From Octopus bimaculoides (taxonomy: Eukaryota), in contig NC_068987.1 in NCBI RefSeq assembly GCF_001194135.2, forward strand, positions 18,388,804 to 18,452,803: DNA of 64,000 nucleotides, written 5' to 3'. A program made the translations under genes and the position numbers. This document shows positions 61,155 to 64,000 of the stretch, in pieces. Numbering within the stretch: the stretch's first letter is position 1; each line of letters begins with the position of its first letter. The notes under the pieces are model-generated. The model had not been told where the DNA came from. It saw only the letters and a list, made by a program, of their open reading frames with translations, and did not search any database.

Positions 61155-63800
61155 GTCTGTGTTTGTCCCCCAACCATCGCTTGACAACCGATGGTGGTGT
61201 GTTTACGTCCCCGTAACTTAGCGGTTCGGCAAAAGTGATCGATAGCATAAGTACTAGGTTTCCAAAGAATAAGTCCTGGGGTCGATTTGCACGACTAAAG
61301 GCGGTGCTCCAGCATGGCCGCAGTCAAATGACTGAAACAAGTAAAAGAGTAAGCAAGGACTAGCAAAATCAGTGCGTTGAACTAAGATACCTTACGGCAT
61401 TTAGTCTTGTCTCGGTTACGTCCCTTCCACTCTTGGCTTAAGTTTGCGTTTATCACTGGAAAAGGTTGGTTAAAATAAGTTTCCAAGCAAAGTAGATTAG
61501 GGTTGTTGTGACCAACTAAAAGCGCCTGAAGCAAATACTCCAGCTTGGTTGCATTTCCAGTAAAGGAAATCGCTTAAAATGTTTCTATATATTCTGTAAA
61601 TGACCAAAGACTTGTGAGTGGATGTGGTAGACGGCGCCTCGCGCGCGTCCGCTTCGGTCGTCCGTTCGCACTCCATCAAGGCGGCGAGCTGGCAGAATCG
61701 TTAGCATGCCGGGCGAAATGCTTAGCGGTATTTCGTCTGCTGTTACGTTCTGAGTTCAAATTCTGCCGAGGTCGACTTTACCTTTCATCCTTTCGGGGTC
61801 GATAAATTAAGTACCAGTTACTCACTGGGGTCGATGTAATCGACTTAATCCCTTTGTCCTTGTTTGTCCCCTCTATGTTTAGCCCCTTGTGGGCAATAAA
61901 GAAATAGAAAACTACAAGAATCTCGTACACGTGTGTGTGTATCTGTTGTTGCGTTTATGTCTCCGTAACGTAGCGGTTCGGCAAAAGAACTGGTGTCAAT
62001 TCATTCAATTAAAAATTTTTCATAGCGGTGCCGCAGCACGACCACAGTCTAATGACAGAAATGAATAAAAGATGAATGGTTTTCGTTCGTGAGATTGTGG
62101 CCATGCTTGGGCACTCCCTCGAAGTTTTCTTTTGTTTTTTTTAATGAGAATGAATTATCTTGCTACTTCAGTATATTTTCTCGGTTAAAAATTTTAATTC
62201 CTATCTAGTATACTTAGGATATGAATGATATGTTTTATCTTCCGCCTTATCACTTGCCATGCACTCAAATATATAACAAGTACACTTGTTTTACACTTCA
62301 CAACTACAGTACTTGACTACACGAGTAGGAGGGAAACAGTGGATAATGTAGTCATGAATATAGTATTTCTTTTAGAAAATCTTTTGTTTTTTAAGACGAG
62401 ATGGTCTTTACTGGAACCCTTTTTCTATTATTATAATAAGTCTGTTCAGTCGGACTGGTTCGCTATACATATTGTAGCAGTGGCACTGAGAATTATCTCC
62501 CTTGTCTTAATAGCAACACAATTTTTCTGCATTCGTTTAAATTTTCTTTTTTGTTTAGCTGTAGCCCCTGGTCTCCCTTGATCGAGTTCACCTACGCTCG
62601 AAAGTATTCAAACCATGGCCATCCTGTCTTTTATTTAGATATGTATATGTTGTATATATATCTATGAATGATTACATTATACAATGTCTTCTTTTTTTAA
62701 AAAAAGATGGTCGAGTATGATGATTAATTATTTGGCTGCTGTTTGCTCGTAGTAGGTCGAACAACGAGATAAAAATACTTTTCATTCATTCGTCCGTTTT
62801 CTTTGTCTAAAGTAAGAGCATAAGTACTGATTCGATTATTGAGTGTTGGTAAATACTCAACTATTCTACACCGAGATAAGAATCGTTAGAGCCTAGCTCC
62901 TCCCATTTTCTACACGAATTTACTATGTACGCCATTTGATGGACAAGCATTGAGAGTTATCTACCTTATGTCTGTCATCGATGCATAATAGTAGTTTCCC
63001 GTGTTCCTCCCAAACATTCTCATTCTGTCTCTTCATACTGTTGCTTTGCCCCCATGTCAGCTTTGATCGATCAGACATGTGATCAAAGACATTCTAAATG
63101 TGACCATCGTGTTTTTTTTTTATGCCCAGATTCTACAGTTACCAATGTTGTCTTTAAAAAGAAGGGCGGTTGGAAAACTTTTGTTGACACTGCTTGTAGC
63201 GTCATCGTCATGCAAGCAATCTCTTTAAGTATCAAATACATGTCTGGTCATGGGGAAATATTACCTTACTTGGAAGCAGGTGAGAGTTGGCAACAGGAAG
63301 GGCATCCGGCTGTAGAAAATCTGCCTTGGCAAATTCCGTCCACTCTATACTTCGAAAATGTAGCTACAAACATTTAGTTTAACCATATCTTAATACATTA
63401 TCTTCGTTAAAAAGTCAGCCTCTTAACTTCAGTCATGTTTTGTGTAAAATAAAATTAGAAGAAACAACCCTACCACCACCCCTGCCATTTCAAGTTTGAT
63501 CCATAAAGTATTGTAAACACATTTTGAAGCAAGCTAAGTCGTTATAGAAAAAATCCAGTTATTTAACAACAGAGAAAAGGTGTAGAAATCAAATATTTTC
63601 CCTTCCTCGTTTTTATAACATTACGTATTAAGTATCAAATTGAGATTAAGACTTCTATTGCTATAATTGCAGCGCATGGCTTCTGAGGGTGGACTAATTG
63701 GAGGATTAAAGTCAACTTCCACAACTGGTGCAGATAAACCACCATCAATGGCCGATGTACTAAAGAATTTAAACAGTGTAAAATTGAAACCAGTAGAAAG
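55782..63800 (+). CDS. MTFR1: Mitochondrial fission regulator (MTFR1/MTFR2, FAM54 family), first six coding exons; gene continues beyond window
   Basis: Exons 55782-55847, 56123-56230, 56704-56795, 59506-59696, 60182-60417, 63673-63800 join in frame (phases 0,0,2,1,0,2). Family motifs: IAWIEED, coiled coil LQKINEMQSEIEKLKEQIA, polyproline tract, and SMADVLKNLNSVKLKPVER (human MTFR1 recalled as NMLEILKEMNSVKLRSVKR). Probably co-orthologous to the vertebrate paralogues. Confidence 0.88.
56123..56230 (+). CDS. MTFR1: MTFR coding exon 2 (FTSLVKRVFSSLS...VLQE)
   Basis: ttttacag|TTT...GAG|gtaaga; 108 nt; SLVKRVFSSLS resembles SIVRKIGTNLS. Confidence 0.78.
56704..56795 (+). CDS. MTFR1: MTFR coding exon 3 (NYGSDSDSGLSESSEIAWIEEDLGNNCIAV)
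   Basis: tttgcag|AAT...CG|gtgagt; phase 0-2; resembles DVGWVAKEEGECSARLR. Confidence 0.82.
59108..59246. mobile_element. 139-bp hAT MITE nested in a piggyBac-type MITE
   Basis: TIR CAGGGGCGGACTGAG / CTCAGTCAGCCCCTG; flanks AAGGATAG / TAGGACAG match the host's TAGGATAG seen uninterrupted near 2141. Confidence 0.75.
59506..59696 (+). CDS. MTFR1: MTFR coding exon 4 (coiled-coil region)
   Basis: ttttag|A...A|gtaagg; phase 2-1. Confidence 0.88.
60182..60417 (+). CDS. MTFR1: MTFR coding exon 5 (polyproline tract)
   Basis: tttgcag|CT...CAG|gtaacc; phase 1-0. A second in-phase AG lies 6 nt downstream (exon start 60188). Confidence 0.88.
61678..61906 (+). mobile_element. tRNA-derived SINE family B; other copies ~326-540, 5213-5425, 59825-60050 and more
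   Basis: Shared GAGCTGGCAGAATCGTTAGC...GAGTTCAAATTC...GGGGTCGAT...AAGTACCAG sequence in multiple dispersed copies. Confidence 0.85.
63673..63800 (+). CDS. MTFR1: MTFR coding exon 6 (RMASEGG...SMADVLKNLNSVKLKPVER)
   Basis: attgcag|CGC...AG|gtaagc; phase 0-2. Confidence 0.88.
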
Positions 63801-64000
63801 GTAAGCTTTGCAGTTACACTGTGTAACATGATTTTTGTCCTTTGGTAGCAGTTATTTCCTGTTTACTTATCCCTAGAAAGTATGAAAAACTGCTAAAATC
63901 TCCTTCAAACATTGCATTCAGTATATTTATTAAAACCCCAAAGAATCCCTCTCAACACATGGCTATGATGCTCTGCCACTACTCCTGCTCATGATCAGGG

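Overview
AT-rich, intron- and repeat-dense animal genomic DNA from a gapped draft assembly (five N gaps). The SINE families and abundant (TA)n/(CA)n microsatellites point to a coleoid cephalopod, most likely Octopus (inference from recognition, no search run). Three protein-coding genes were rebuilt by hand from GT-AG splice sites and frame continuity. (1) The 3' end of ArfGAP1 on +, with two homologous 60-nt exons encoding the first half of the ALPS2 curvature-sensing helix. (2) A complete 8-coding-exon ARMC1 on - (274 aa). (3) The first six coding exons of an MTFR1/2-family mitochondrial fission regulator on +, head-to-head with ARMC1, the arrangement I recall for human 8q13. The 30 kb between the convergent ArfGAP1 and ARMC1 3' ends has no supportable gene; it holds SINEs, MITEs, long fold-back palindromes and a fossil Tc1/mariner transposase. 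Three Penelope-type minimal hammerhead ribozyme motifs occur in short repeats, one as the tail of a tRNA-headed SINE. Nearly all ORFs in the supplied track are artefacts of microsatellites, SINEs or N runs. All comparisons with human proteins, exon sizes and synteny are from memory and need checking.
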